DNA of 64,000 nucleotides from NCBI RefSeq assembly GCF_006345805.1, contig NC_043011.1, positions 43,288,464 to 43,352,463 on the forward strand, given 5' to 3'. This document shows positions 40,982 through 54,683 of the stretch, in pieces. The DNA comes from Octopus sinensis (taxonomy: Eukaryota). The position numbers and the translations under genes were made by a program. Each line of letters begins with the position of its first letter. Position 1 is the first letter of the stretch. The notes beneath the pieces are model-generated. The model was not told the DNA's origin. It did no database searches and worked only from the letters and a program-made list of their open reading frames with translations.

Positions 40982-41318
40982 CTTCAATATCAATATCAAA
41001 GAATATCGAAAATTTCCATGTCGTCAGTTCGAAATAAAAATGTGATCGTTTCTAAGAGTTATCGAATTTTCAGACCCACCACCAGTACCACCATCTTAGA
41101 TATGAATACCAAAGCATCGCATTCTGTGGTTTGGCATTCAAAGAGGTTTATAGTTTATGGTTTACCATTACCTGTACTATACTTCTTTCTTTATTTCTTT
41201 TCAATGCCTTCCTTCGTTCCTTCTCCCATTCGTTCCTTCCGTCCTTTCTTTTAGGTTTTCTTCTCTACAATACTTTTGGTTTTCAATAATTCTCTTGTAG
41301 GATTTTTTTTTTTTTTAC

Positions 41319-41645
41319 TTTCTTTCCTTCATTCTTTCTTTCATGCTTTTCTCTTCTCTTCGCGTTTTCTTTTCCTTTCTTCCTTCTTTGCACCTTTTTT
41401 CATTTCTTTCTTCATTCGCTCTTTGTTTTCTTTCCTTCATTCTTTCTTTCATGCTTTTCTCTTCTCTTCGCGTTTTCTTTTCCTTTCTTCCTTCTTTGCA
41501 CCTTTTTTCATTTCTTTCTTCATTCGCTCTTTGTTTTCTTTCCTTCATTCTTTCTTTCATGCTTTTCTCTTCTCTTCGCGTTTTCTTTTCCTTTCTTCCT
41601 TCTTTGCACCTTTTTTTCATTTCTTTCTTCATTCGCTCTTTGTTT

Positions 41646-41650
<5 letters not shown>
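41319..41650. repeat. 108-bp pyrimidine-rich tandem repeat, about 3 copies
   Basis: cgcgttttct recurs at 41361, 41469 and 41577. A 36-aa periodicity shows in the overlapping spurious ORFs. Confidence 0.9.
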
Positions 41651-41677
<27 letters not shown>

Positions 41678-42961
41678 TCCTTCTTTCTTCCAAGTATGCT
41701 CATTCCGTTGCTTTCTGTGTTACACAACAATGAAGCCAAAGATAAAAAAAATAATTAAGTTAACGAGTCAAACAATATAGGAAACAAAACAATAACTGAA
41801 ACTATATTCTATGTATCTGTCTGTCTGTCTGTCTCCCTCTCTCTTGCTATTGGAACACCATTTACTCCTGGTATGTAAGCTGCTAAATCTCTCTCTTGCT
41901 CTCGGTCTCACACACACATACACATAAATCACACTTCTTGGTTGGCACCGAAAACTGACCTCTCTGAACTTTTCTCTCGTTCTCTCTCACTCTCCCTATA
42001 TTCTAACATTACACTCACTGTCTGCAAATGAGTGGAATTTTAACGTTGTTGTATTTAGTATTATAACGAGCAACTGATCTCATTCTTTCACCCAACCACG
42101 TTGAAGCTGGTGCAGCTACTAACAATCGCATACTACTGACTATATACAGCCTTTTAGTATTTCACTTTGTCATACTCTTTTATAATGGCATTGTTCTTGT
42201 TGCTGTCTTCAGCTCTAGGTCAGCATTGATCTGGTAGATCTTGTATTAAAGGCATTTATACCATAACCGCCATGGAAGCCAACTTAATTCCAGACATAGT
42301 ACATCTAGGATCACATTATCCACTATATTCCTACTGTTGGTTACGAGACTACAGAATAATATGACGGAAATTTGACTGCTATTGCTAGCAGACTGTGAGG
42401 CCAGTTAGAGTTCTCTCGCTGAATCATGTTGTAATCTTTGTTGTCATTGCTGTTACAAACTAGCGGTTCTGCTTCTATAAGGAACAATATTTATCATCCG
42501 TTCGCAGATATCAAAAAGCTCAGCAAAGAAAGTAGAGCCTTTGATGTACTGGATGAGATTACTGAAAAGATCTTTTGTTAGCATTACCGCAAGAGATGTT
42601 CCGAAACGGGAGTATTCCTATGGAAGACACGTGGTTAAATATTCACCTCTCCTACATCCTGACGAACTGAGATTGAATGAAATAATTCTTCTCATAAAAG
42701 CGATAAAACTATAAAATATATACGATAAAGGATACAAGAATACAAAATGAGAAATCCGAAAAATAAAATGAACGAAAATGGAATACACCGATAATGAGAC
42801 ACTGTTAAATAATAAAATAAAGATATAAAATATACATGAGATCAGGATAGAAAGAAAATTGAACAGTTACATATAGACCTTGACATTTTATTAAAAGAAA
42901 TAAATTAGCATAAATATATATATATATATATATATAAACGTAATGGTCGATATATAACTGT

Positions 42962-43025
<64 letters not shown>

Positions 43026-44146
43026 TAGACAGACAGAATGGGGGGAAGAGAGAGAAACAGAGACAGAGCGAAAGAGAGAGATGGAAGGCATGTTAATGTA
43101 CGTACAGTCCATAGTCATAAATAAAAACTTTATTATCTAATGTATATGTGTGTGCGTATGTGTAAGTTGTAAGGCCGAATGAATGGCGACAGTTCAAACT
43201 TCCGTATCCTATTAATCAGGTGTCTTATCAGAACGACCTTCTTGACTATGATTTTAAATTTTTTTTCTCACTCAACCACAACGGCTCCCTAATAACAGGT
43301 CAGAACTATAAACTACTTAAGATAACATCTTGAGAAGTAGGGTAGATTTGAGTTAGTTGCCCCTGGTGCATGCGCTTCACATTCTCTATAAATTTTATGG
43401 TAGTTTCTCAAAATATCATGCTTGCTCGTGGTATTTGGTGGAGTGACAATCTTCCATTTATACCTTGTTTTTACCTTCTTTTTACATGTTTATGTGCTTA
43501 ATATTTAACTGATGATGTTGGGTCATGATCAGTTATGATATAAGTTAAGAATTCATTAATAAAATGCTATCGAAACAGCTGTTGTGTATTTTGAACCTCA
43601 CGTGTTCTTTTATACAAACGCTACACTTGGAACTAATCCTGGATTAGTTCTACGGTTTATATTGGTTTGTATACCTGTGTATATCTGTATATGTCTATGT
43701 ATATATATATATAGATGAATAACTGGTTGTGTATGTATACACACACATACAGACACACACACACTTACAATATACTACCAAAATACGACAACTAAGAGTT
43801 GCTTTAATATATCGTAAGCTCGTTACTAAGTACCCAGCAATCCTCGGCGTCCTGCATGTTAAAATACCTATATTCTAATGAATCCTGTAACTGACCCCTT
43901 GTGTATGTGTGTGTGTGTATGCAATATATATATATATATATGTATACATGTATATTTGTGTGTGTTGTGAGAGAGAGAGTGCGTGTGTATAAGAGAGTGT
44001 GAGAGAGAGTGTGTGTATAAGAGAGAGAATGTGTGAGAGAGAGAGGTCTTGTACCTATTGTAGAAAGGGTTCTTCTTTTTCTTCTTCTTCTTCTTCTTCC
44101 TCTTCATCATCATCATCATCATCATCATCATTATCCTCATCTTTAT

Positions 44147-44572
44147 CAAGGCGGTGAGATGGCAGAATCATTAACACGCCGAGCAAAATACTTAGCAACA
44201 TTTCTTTCGCTTTTACATTCTGAGTTCAAATTCCGCTGAGGTCACCTTTTGCATTTCGTGGGGTCGATAAGTTAAGTACCGGTGGTGCAACACTGGAGTC
44301 GACGTAATTGACTAGGCCCCCCACCACCACCAACAAATTTCAGATATCGTGCCTATAGTAGAAATGATTATTGACCTGACATAATCGTTACCACGCTGGA
44401 CAAAATGATTTGCGATATTTTCTCCGTCTAAGTTCAAATACCGCCGAGGTCGACTTTGCCTTTCAGCTTTTCGGGGTCGATAAAATAAGTACCAGTTGAA
44501 CAGTGGGGTCGATGTAACCGACTTACCCACGCGCCCGAAATTGCTGGCCTTGTGCCAAAATTTGAAACCATT
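44147..44572 (+). mobile_element. Two consecutive SINE family C copies ending about 50 bp upstream of exon C
   Basis: Two gttcaaat(t/a)ccgc...ggggtcgata bodies in series. Confidence 0.75.
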
Positions 44573-44619
44573 ATTGCTTTTGTTATTATTTATTTATTAT
44601 TATTTTTTTTTCTTTACAG

Positions 44620-44731
44620 CATATTGTTTGCAGACATCGTTGGCTTTACCGCTCTCGCTTCTCAATGCACTGCCCAAGAGTTAGTGAGGATTCTGAACGA
44701 GTTGTTCGGCAGATTTGATCAACTGGCTAAG
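44620..44731 (+). CDS. ADCY1: Adenylyl cyclase exon C, 112 nt, phase 2/0: start of the C1a catalytic domain
   Basis: Acceptor tttctttacag, donor gttggt at 44732. The first base C completes Ser (AG|C), then [37 protein letters not shown], including the first metal-binding Asp (FADIVGF). Confidence 0.96.
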
Positions 44732-44983
44732 GTTGGTGTAATTAATTTGGCTAAATTAGCCTCGTTGTATATATTTTCTTTCTCTTATATATTGTAGGTA
44801 TTACGTATTTTGACTAACTTGTTTAGATTACATATCCAGATTATATACTTCATATATCACAGCTAATTATGTACATCATGCAGAAAATAATTTGCTTAAT
44901 ATATCCAGATTGTATATTTCACTTCCTGTATTTTAGAAGCTAATCTATATATATATATATATTATATATATATTATATATATT

Positions 44984-45022
<39 letters not shown>

Positions 45023-45202
45023 GAGAAATGAGGTACTCAAAAATCTGGATGGTTTTATATTTACAGATATTTATTAATATGTGACATGTTTTTATAAATC
45101 ATATAATAAGCGCTGGCGTCCACTCTAGTGGAGTCTTCAGATTGAACTTTTTCAGGAAATTTGTCTCTTTTTATTGTATATATAGTACACAAACACACAC
45201 AC

Positions 45203-45313
<111 letters not shown>

Positions 45314-45409
45314 TATACATACATATATATATACATATATATGAATAGAAATGGGTTTCCTGATAACTTTTACACTTTAATAATTAGATGTTTATAAGCT
45401 TACACACAC

Positions 45410-45442
<33 letters not shown>

Positions 45443-45443
45443 A

Positions 45444-45495
<52 letters not shown>

Positions 45496-47251
45496 TATGT
45501 ATATATAAATCATACGGTGTTAAAATATCTAGGTTCTATATTAGTGTATGCTATATATGCAGGTGATTAATATACATCAATAAACACACTGACGCGCATA
45601 CATATAAATCCAACATTTGCAAACTTACAAGCGTTCTCACTCGAATCTCTCCTCATTCTATCGAAAATATATTTCTAAAGATCATATATTTACTGCGCTT
45701 CTCTTAAATCTGTCTCAGGTTCTAAGTCATACATCAGATTAACTTAAAATTCTTCGAAATTGTGCTTCGAGCAACAGCTGTAAACATTTCGCCACCAATT
45801 TCGAAGTGTTCAAACTAAATTGCATAAATTTATGGGAAGTCATAACTTTAACAATATGAAACTTGAAATCAAATGGAAAATATATTTTCCCAAATATTTC
45901 CATTCCAACCAGATATATATCTACCTTTCGCATGTATGATTACGATTCGAACAACATTCAAAATTGTTTCCTTGCTTAAGAGATAATAGTCGCTCAACTA
46001 TTTAAAACCGCTTTTCAACTCCAACAAAGCTGTGCCGTTGTGCGGGAGCTTTGTCGCCTACATCGATGGGTAAACCTGAGGCAGCTCTGGTTTCGCGGTA
46101 AAAGGGGTTAAAACACTTTTAAAGCTGCTTTACCGCCTGGTGAGACATCGACTCCTGCATTCGGACACGGAATAGAGCAGCACTCTCAGCACCCAAGAAT
46201 TTATTCTAGAAAGGCATATTTCCAGTCCAACCAGCCACGTCTTCTTCCATATATTTGGGTCATAAAAAATGATTACTATCTAAATCCTCCTGATTTGAAC
46301 AGCATTCAGAACTAGCTTCCTTGCATTAATATTTAAAACCTCTTCTCAGATCCAATTTCCGTCGAAATTAGTCAATAACGGTTACTTCACATTTCAGCCG
46401 ATTTCTTTTCGGAAACAAAATCGTAGCAACGAGAATTAGAAGCACAAAATGTCCACAGTTTATGCAAAAGATTTCTTTCAATCCGACCATTTCTTAAATA
46501 TTTAAACATATTTTGTTGCTCTCAAGATTTACGTCTATTTTGTTGGACGCAACTTATTTCACGCTGATAAAGTCTACCCTGTCTTTTGTCTTCCGGTCAC
46601 ATGTCGACAGTATTTCACTGCTTTTCTTTCTCTCTAAAAAACCACCAACAAGAAATAAAAGCGCAAACGACTAACGTAATATATGCGATAATTTTCAAAT
46701 ATCCAACGTAGAATATTCGAAAGATGTAACAATGGTAATTGTAAATTTTAAAGTTTACATCTTTATGTAACATGATATTACGTTATTATTACATTATATT
46801 ATGCAATATTATATTACATACGTGTATGACAGTATGTACATACAAATATGTGTATTACGTATACAGATATACATATTTCCATATATCGGTATTTATATAT
46901 TTTAGACACATATGTATTTATACATCAGTCTTTGTGTGTTTGTGTTTCTTCACAAAGTTCTCATTTACTGAACACTACAGGAATCAAATGAAAGCTGTCA
47001 AATCGATATAGCATCTTGCATACGCCGCACTTCGCTGCTGTGAGATGATTCAGTAGGTAATATGGGGGGGGGTGTCAGCATATTTAATGTACAGCGCATT
47101 AAAATGCGAAAGAGATAGAAAATATGCCGTTTTATGGTTCATATTTACAAGTCGAGTTCTGTCAAGACATAAATATTTATAAACACAGACAAGACTTTTA
47201 CGCTGAAGACTTTTTGGCCATTTGCTCACATGGGAGGTGTATTTACATTTG

Positions 47252-47285
<34 letters not shown>

Positions 47286-48061
47286 ATTTAGGTGTGTGTG
47301 CGCATGTATATATATATGTATATATATATATATATCACATATACGCGTGAGGGTGTGTGTGAATGTATACACATATATACATGCACGCAGACACACACAC
47401 ACACACATGTATATACCCCTGCACACCTGTACTAATATCCATGGTGTGTACAATTGCATATACATAAATATGCATATGTACGTAAGATGTACCCACACAT
47501 AGACACATATTGAACAAATGAAGGCGATACTCCAGTATGGACGTCACCGTGATAAGTTAACCCAAGAATATACACGCGTACATGTACAAGCCCTAACACA
47601 CTCGCACATGCACGTGCGCAGGCACACACACGCTTACACGCACACATGCGCATACACACAAGCACACACACTCACACCTGTATTTCTTCTTCACCTATAT
47701 GCGTTTCTAACTTCATCAGCATTTCTATGGGAGTAGAGTGGATCTGATATCTTTATAGCAGATTTGATTCAGCTGTGCAGGAATCATATTTACAAGATAA
47801 ATGCTGTCAGCAAGCATAAATATTCATAACCTCACACAAGACTTTTAAACTGACATCGGCCGTATGTTGCACCAGTTGCTGTTAAAAAGCTTACATACAA
47901 GTCTGTTGTAAAAAGTATTAGAACAATCTCCTTTTCTATGGCAGACAGTGAATCTGTTGGGTATTGTTGGTTGAGAATGAATCGATTCTTCGGCTGTTAT
48001 CAGTACATATTATATAAATGACAATAAATGGCGGGTATTAGTCTGCAATTTGGCGGCTGGG

Positions 48062-48813
48062 GATCTTTACCTTTTGACGAACAGACTTAAAAAATATTTT
48101 TTTGTAACTAAACACTTTCAAACTTCGGACACTGGTAGAATGTGTCATATAAAACATCTTTAAGTCTTAGCGTTTTTGAGAAAAGCTTATATTTAGGAAG
48201 TTATTTCACGTTAAAGTTGTAGTATTTCGGGAATTTCAACCAATCAATGACGTGTATTCAGCTGAATAAAATTATTGCCGTTGTTCGTTTGTCACTGTTA
48301 TTTATGACAACCCTAACCCTAACCCTAAAACTCTAACGCTAAAACCTTAACCATAAAACCCAAACCCTAACCCTAACCCTAAAACACTAACCCTAAAACC
48401 CTAACCCTAAAACCTTAAAGCTAAAGCTAACCCTAAAACTCTAACGCTAAAACCTTAACCATAAAACCCAAACCCTAACCCTAAAACACTAACCCTAAAA
48501 CCCTAACCCTAAAACCTTAAAACTAAAGCCAGTACAAACGCACGAACGATGTCATAAATAACAATGACAAACGAAAAATACACCGCCGATAGTTGTTGTT
48601 GACAAACAACGGCAGTAATTTTATTCAGCTGAATACACATCATTGATTGGTTGAAATTACCGAAACACTTCAACTTTAATGTGAAATAACTTCCTAAATA
48701 TAAGCTTTTCTCAAAAATGCTAAGAGTAAAATATGTTTTATATGACACATTCTATCACTGTCCTAAGTTTAAAAAAATATTTTTTTTAATCTGTCAGTCA
48801 AAAGGTAAAGATC
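48062..48813. mobile_element. Foldback/MITE-type element with about 245-bp inverted arms around a (CCCTAA)n-like core
   Basis: Termini gatctttacctttt / aaaaggtaaagatc. Arms about 48062-48308 and 48549-48813 are reverse complements (the right arm has an insertion of about 30 nt). Core 48310-48530. Confidence 0.8.
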
Positions 48814-49307
48814 TGCGATTGAAACTCGAAGCATTAACAGATGATCTTTAATGTCGAAAAGGTTTGCATCTGCAGTATTTTGCTTTCTTCTAAACCATGG
48901 TGTAACGCACTATCGTGTGGTAAAACTTTCAGACCCTAGTCTAGATTGCGAATCCTCTGTACCCCAGGATGGTTCAGCTCTCCACCCGCTAAAAGCCACC
49001 GTTTACGAAATGAGGATAACAATGTAGGTTTCGCACCCGCGCAACCGCCAGTTTATCGCGTGTGGTGGGTGGATCTTCAAGTAGCCATACGCATTCTTAG
49101 TAGCTTAGAGTAGGCTCGAATTAGAGATTATTCTTTGTGGGCTAATGGCGTGAGTCCTGATTGGAAGAAGAAGAAGATGAAGAAGAAGAAGGAGGAGGAG
49201 GAAAAGAAGAAGAGGAAGGAGGAGGAGGAGGAGAAGAAGAAGAAGAAGAAGAAGAAGAAGAAGAAGAAGAAGAAGAAGAAGAAGAAGAAGAAGAAGAAGA
49301 AGAAGAA

Positions 49308-49553
49308 AACAACAGCAGCAACAACCCATGAAGTATCAATAGAACGATGATAACAACAATATTGTTACCATGGCTACAGAAGGTAGACGTAAGGACAAAA
49401 GCAATAATAATAATACCTTCGAAGGATAGCTGCAAAGGGTCTAAAATAAACGGTTTGGCTACAGTTAAATGTGTTTCTATCCGTATATTAAACACCATGC
49501 CGTTTTCAATACTCGGAATTCCCAAAATTTCATTGCCACGGATATAGTTGTAG
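49308..49553 (-). repeat. About 245-bp dispersed element next to (GAA)n; inverted sister of 58489-58732
   Basis: By-eye alignment shows about 5-6 mismatches. Identical spurious ORFs (MITTILLPW.QKVDV...) appear in the ORF track at both places. Confidence 0.8.
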
Positions 49554-49557
49554 TTTA

Positions 49558-49944
49558 GTGGAGGCGCAATGGCCCAGTGGTTAGGGCAGCGGACTCGCGG
49601 TCATAGGATCGCGGTTTCGATTCCCAGACAGGGCGTTGTGAGTGTTTATTGAGCGAAAACACCTAAAAGCTCCACGAGGCTCCGGCAGGAATGGTGGTGA
49701 TCCCCGCTGTACTCTTTCACCACAACTTTCTCTCACTCTTACTTCCTGTTTCTGTTGTACCTGTATTTCAAGGGGCCGGCCTTGTTACTCTCTGTGTCAC
49801 GCTGAATATCCCCGAGAACTACGTTAGGGGTGCACGTGTCTGTGGAGTGCTCAGCCACTTACACGTTAATTTCACGAGCAGGCTGTTCCGTTGATTCGGA
49901 TCAACCAGAACCCTCATCGTCGTAACCGACGGAGTGCTTCCCCC
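49558..49944 (+). mobile_element. SINE family A, full length
   Basis: TSD agttgtagttta at 49546-49557 and 49945-49956. Confidence 0.9.
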
Positions 49945-51698
49945 AGTTGTAGTTTATTTATAAATATCACAGGAAATACGAACGAATGAATAAGTTACCA
50001 ATTGACACACGTTTTCAGCATCTTAAAAATATGAAATCCTTAAATATGGTTGAGAAAATAATCAGCGTCGACCTCAGTGTTAAATCAACGTATTACCAAA
50101 CAATATATTATCGACTGTTTATTAAATATGCGTAAAGAATTTCTCGTGGGTATTGTTTTGCAGATTTGTGTCCATCTTACGTATTTTATTTCTGCAGTTC
50201 TGGTTAACCGAATTAAATTCTTTCGCTCCGCAGAATATAAAAGACAATCTTTAATATTTCGCCAATACATTTTGCTTTATGCTAACCAATCATTTTATTT
50301 TCAAATTTAATCAAAGTAGTTATTTCTCTAATGAAAATTAATAATAAATCGTCCTGAATAAAAAGTAAATCAATTCATTCACTTTCTTTTCTTTTCGTTC
50401 TTTTTTTCGTTTTTCGAAATCGATATTACTATTATTTTTTCCAAATATTACAAGAATAATAAATTAAAGAATATAAAAAATAGCAATTAAATCGCTCTTG
50501 ACTAATCTCAATAGACACTGGGAATACTTTGTAACCAAATGCTGGAAATTGTGAATAACATTTACTTCTATCCAACGTCCAATTAATTTTTCGCTATTAT
50601 CTTTTTTTTTTCTGATTATTTGGAAAAAATATTGAAGTGTATTGCAGATTATTCCTACCGCTTTTCAAAAATTTCTGATCAATATTCTTTAGAAATATTC
50701 GTGAAATCTGTAGAAGTCGAAGTAAAGAGATCACAATCCAACTGAAAAATTCATCGTAATATCTAAGGAATAAAGGGAGCTGTTCCGCCCTTTAATTTGA
50801 ATACAAGCTAATAACATCTGTGTAGTACATTCCTTAGAGTGAAAACCTCTGCTTAACAAGGAAGTTATTTTCATTTCTTTTACTTCTTAAATTCTCATCA
50901 CAATTTTTGTCTAACCAATTTGGTTCTTGCCATTCATTAAGTTGGATTTAAAAAGCGATTAAATTTAGAATAAGAAGTATAGCCTGTATTATTAGAGCCA
51001 ATGATTAGGCGATGATTCTTTTGAATTTCTTAACGTTTACTAAATTTAATTTTTAATAATCCATTTGAAAATTGCAGAATTTATCCCTTTTGGCACTTAG
51101 TACAACCCATCGAATTCTTTATTTAAATTCATGTTACTCGCCTCTTTAAATTCTTTAAGATGTAGTTATACGAATTACTCTTGTCAGTATTGTATTACTA
51201 GGTTTTTGTATATGTTAACTTGTCTATATCTATCTGGAAGCGAAAAGGAGAATGGTGTGCTACTGAGGTCAATACAGGCCATAAACACGTGACACGAAAA
51301 CCACTGCTGACTTTTGCCTCCAAATCAAATTTCCATTTTTCGAACACGTATTAATTCGGCTAAGCACACACACGCACACACACACACAGACATAAACATA
51401 CACACACACACATATATAACTGAAAACGAAGAATGTATGCGTGTGTGTGTGTGTGAGTCTTCATCTGTTACTTGTTTCAGTTGTTTGATTGGGGCTATGC
51501 TGGAGCATCGGATGGAAGTATTTTTAGTCGAATGAATCGACTATTTTTTTTCTTAAAGTCTCGCTCCAATTGTATCAGTCACTTTTCGCCGAACTGCTGC
51601 GTTTCAGGTACATAAACAGACACCAGTTGTCGAACGGTGGTGAGATGCAAATACACGCGGCGCGCACATACGTACACATGCACACACATATATACGTG

Positions 51699-51734
<36 letters not shown>

Positions 51735-51744
51735 ATATATAATA

Positions 51745-51900
51745 TATATAATATACATAAAATCCTTTCTGTCTGTCTGTTTGTGTGTGCGCTTATTAAC
51801 TCAAGTGTGGATCATCCGATCGCGCTGAAATTTTAAACATGGATACGTTTGAGAGCGGGGCGTTCCGTAATCTAAAATGATTATCAAAATTGTTACTTTC
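51745..51900 (+). mobile_element. Possible degenerate 5' end of a Helitron-like element
   Basis: atacataaaatcctttctgtctgtctgtttgtgtgtgcgc...atccgatcgcgctgaaatttt resembles the 5' layout of H1-H3. No 3' hairpin or CTAG identified. Confidence 0.3.
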
Positions 51901-52069
51901 AAAGTGAGAATCGCTATTTTTGTAATCTTCTTGTCCTGTTTGTTCCGCCATTAAAAGCAACATGTTTGCTCAGACGGCCGGTACATAACTATTTCGCTAG
52001 CAACAAGGGGAGTACAGAATGAGTCAGCCAAAACCGTCGCTATGCTGTCTCTCTTCTCCCCTCTCTCTC

Positions 52070-52111
<42 letters not shown>

Positions 52112-53199
52112 GATGTCCGATTCCACTTGAAGTTGTATATATATTGTGTTAAGATTCGTTATCAATCAATTATCCTTATTTGAGAAGAAACAGTCAAAAG
52201 TAACCGCCACATACAATCACCAAACATCTCCACTACTTAACACCGTCCAAGTTTGGGGTTAATAATCTTAATATTTAGTTACAGTTTCTCATTCAAACTA
52301 TATAATAGGCAGAATTGTCGGATTAAGACAGTAGGGTATTTTGAGGGAGATTTGGCTGCTATTTCTACCAGGTCTATCTACCATGTAGAGGTCTCCCTCA
52401 TTGGCTCATACATATATATATACATACATATATACATAAAATCGAAATAAATTTCTTAAAGCAACAATTGTCAAATACAAAAGTCAAGGTCCATGCAGTG
52501 TCATGGGCGAAATAAATTTCCAACTTCCTGCCTAATGCGAGCGCAGAGCAATCTGTTATCTCTTATACTATTTCAGTATTACGTCTCTATTGTAACGTGA
52601 GATGATACTCTGAGTTTGAAAGAAGTCTGTCCTATATATATCTATTATATATTCCTTATGCATTCCAAAACCGAGTAACAGAGTTTTACGTATGGGGTAT
52701 CAAAAGATTCAGTACTATTTCGGCTACAAATTAAACTTAATTTTCATTCACATATTTGCTTTTCAAAAATTTAACATTATAATCTTTTCCATAAATCAAG
52801 TATCGTAAACATTTTATATGGTGACGTCACATTTTCTATATGTGTGTGTACCTTAAAAGACATCAATCATCACGACACACACCTTCACTCACTTAATTTC
52901 TCTTTCTCACTCTCTTTCTCTCTCACACACACATGTCTACTTCACGACACAATATGAGGTTTGCACAATTTTTTTAACTAATTCCGCCCAAATGTCGAGC
53001 AGAAACCGTCGTGTTATCTTGTATCGATTCACTAGGATCTGAGTTCAAATACCGCCAAAACAAAACTTGACTTTCATCCTTCTGGATAGATAAAAAGACC
53101 AATATATGACGGCAAAATGGTCGAACTGTAAGAACGTCATTCAAGGTTCAAATCCTGCTATAGCCTACTTCGATAGAAGGCTTAGTCCGTTGACCGGTT

Positions 53200-53645
53200 T
53201 AATGCCACCATTTGGCATTGCGTCCGAGATTGTGTTCCGGTTTGAGGATACCTTCCTTCTGCTCTCCCAGCAGCCCCGGAGGCAGTGCAGTGGGTCATGA
53301 ATACTGCCTACCATACTGTCTTCTCCTTCTGCCATTTCCACCAGTACTCCAAAGCATCTTACTTTCAGTGCTGGTGGAGCTCATGGCATTCTCATACATT
53401 CCTGATTCACGTCTTCCTTCTCCGTTATTACACTTGTGTGCAAGCTTCAAGAATGTACACAAATTACCATTCCTTTCCCTTCCTTGCCAGAATATCAACC
53501 CGCTAGAACTTTTTCTTTTCCTATGAAAATTTACGGCTGGTGTTGACTTGCAATGGTTCGAGCTGAACATGAACGAAATCAATTTCACCAGTCTCCGAGG
53601 ACCGACGATGTCTATGGGCACTGTCTCATCCTCCAGACCCAACAA
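53200..53645 (-). mobile_element. Unclassified, probably LINE-derived decayed coding remnant
   Basis: Complex, higher-GC segment. A faint EDETV..IV.P similarity to the L1/Tx1 C-terminal finger region is not convincing. Confidence 0.2.
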
Positions 53646-53676
53646 TTTAAGAAAATTCTAAGCTATCCGTTAATGA

Positions 53677-54082
53677 GTAGGAGTGGCTGTGTGGTAAGTA
53701 GCTTGCTTACGAACCACATGGTTCCGGGTTCAGTCCCGCTGCGTGGCACCTTGGGCAAGTGTCTTCTACTATAGCCTCGGGCCGACCAAAGCCTTGTGAG
53801 TGAATTTGGTAGACGGAAACTGAAAGAAGCCCGTCGTATATATGTATACGTATGTGTGTGTGTTTGTGTGTCTGTTTGTCCCCCCCCCCCAACATCGCTT
53901 GACAACCGATGCTGGTGTGTTTACGTCCCCGTAACTTAGCGGTTCGGCAAAAGTGACCGATAGAATAAGTACTAGGCTTACAAAGAATAAGTCCTGGGGT
54001 CGATTTGCTCGACAAAAAGGCGGTGCTCGAGCATGGCCACAGTCAAATGACTGAAACAAGTAAAAGAGAGTAAAAGAGAGTA
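53677..54082 (+). mobile_element. tRNA-headed SINE family D with an internal (TA)/(TG) microsatellite and a CORE-like motif
   Basis: ggagtggctgtgtggtaag head, ggttcagtccc B box, accttgggcaagtg (resembles the start of the CORE domain) and a taaaagagag tail. Related degraded copies lie at about 1-165 (+), 10020-10240 (+), 14540-15132 (+), 27390-27790 (-), 39560-39835 (-) and 51440-51660 (-). Confidence 0.8.
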
Positions 54083-54683
54083 TTCCACTAGAAAATAGCT
54101 TATTTTGATATATTCTGTTGGTTACGGCACTAAGTTTGGGCAAAACTGCCCATAATTGATTGTTGATTCTATTTTTGGCAAAGCAGGGAAATGTACTGTT
54201 AACTGGTTTGCATCACAAGTGATGTTGCTGTGTGGAATTTAACAAGAAACACAAACTTACAGAAAAGCCTAATCCTAAAATCCGAAAGTGAAGCTCATTA
54301 TTATCTGAAGATCTTGAACTATTCTACTTTAACCAGTTCAACGCTACAGTTTATCAGTAACAATCAAATGATTAACTGATATTAGATTCTCAACATCCTC
54401 TTTTGTTGATGAATTAAATAAAAGTGAAGTATCATTACAGGAAATCAGAAAGACAGTAGATTTTCCGAATAACCATTCTTAAATTACATAATCGATATTT
54501 CAGCATAAACAGCTGAGGCCGCCATTTTTCTTCACTCTAATCCACATCCCAACTTTCTCTTGGAGGTAGTTGGAAAGAAACGAATATTTTCTCGTCGGAT
54601 AAATAAAGATTGTAAACTGGCTGACGAATACCCGGTCAGTTGAGTAGGCAGTGTCGGTTTCTATTCCAATTTGGACCCAGTTT

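Noticed and set aside
48310-48530. True telomere or chromosome fusion scar
   Set aside because: Short, degenerate, one orientation only, and enclosed by the inverted arms of an element within an intron.
49558-49630. tRNA genes at SINE heads
   Set aside because: A and B boxes are present, but each continues into a SINE body and tail, usually with TSDs, and I could not build a full cloverleaf.
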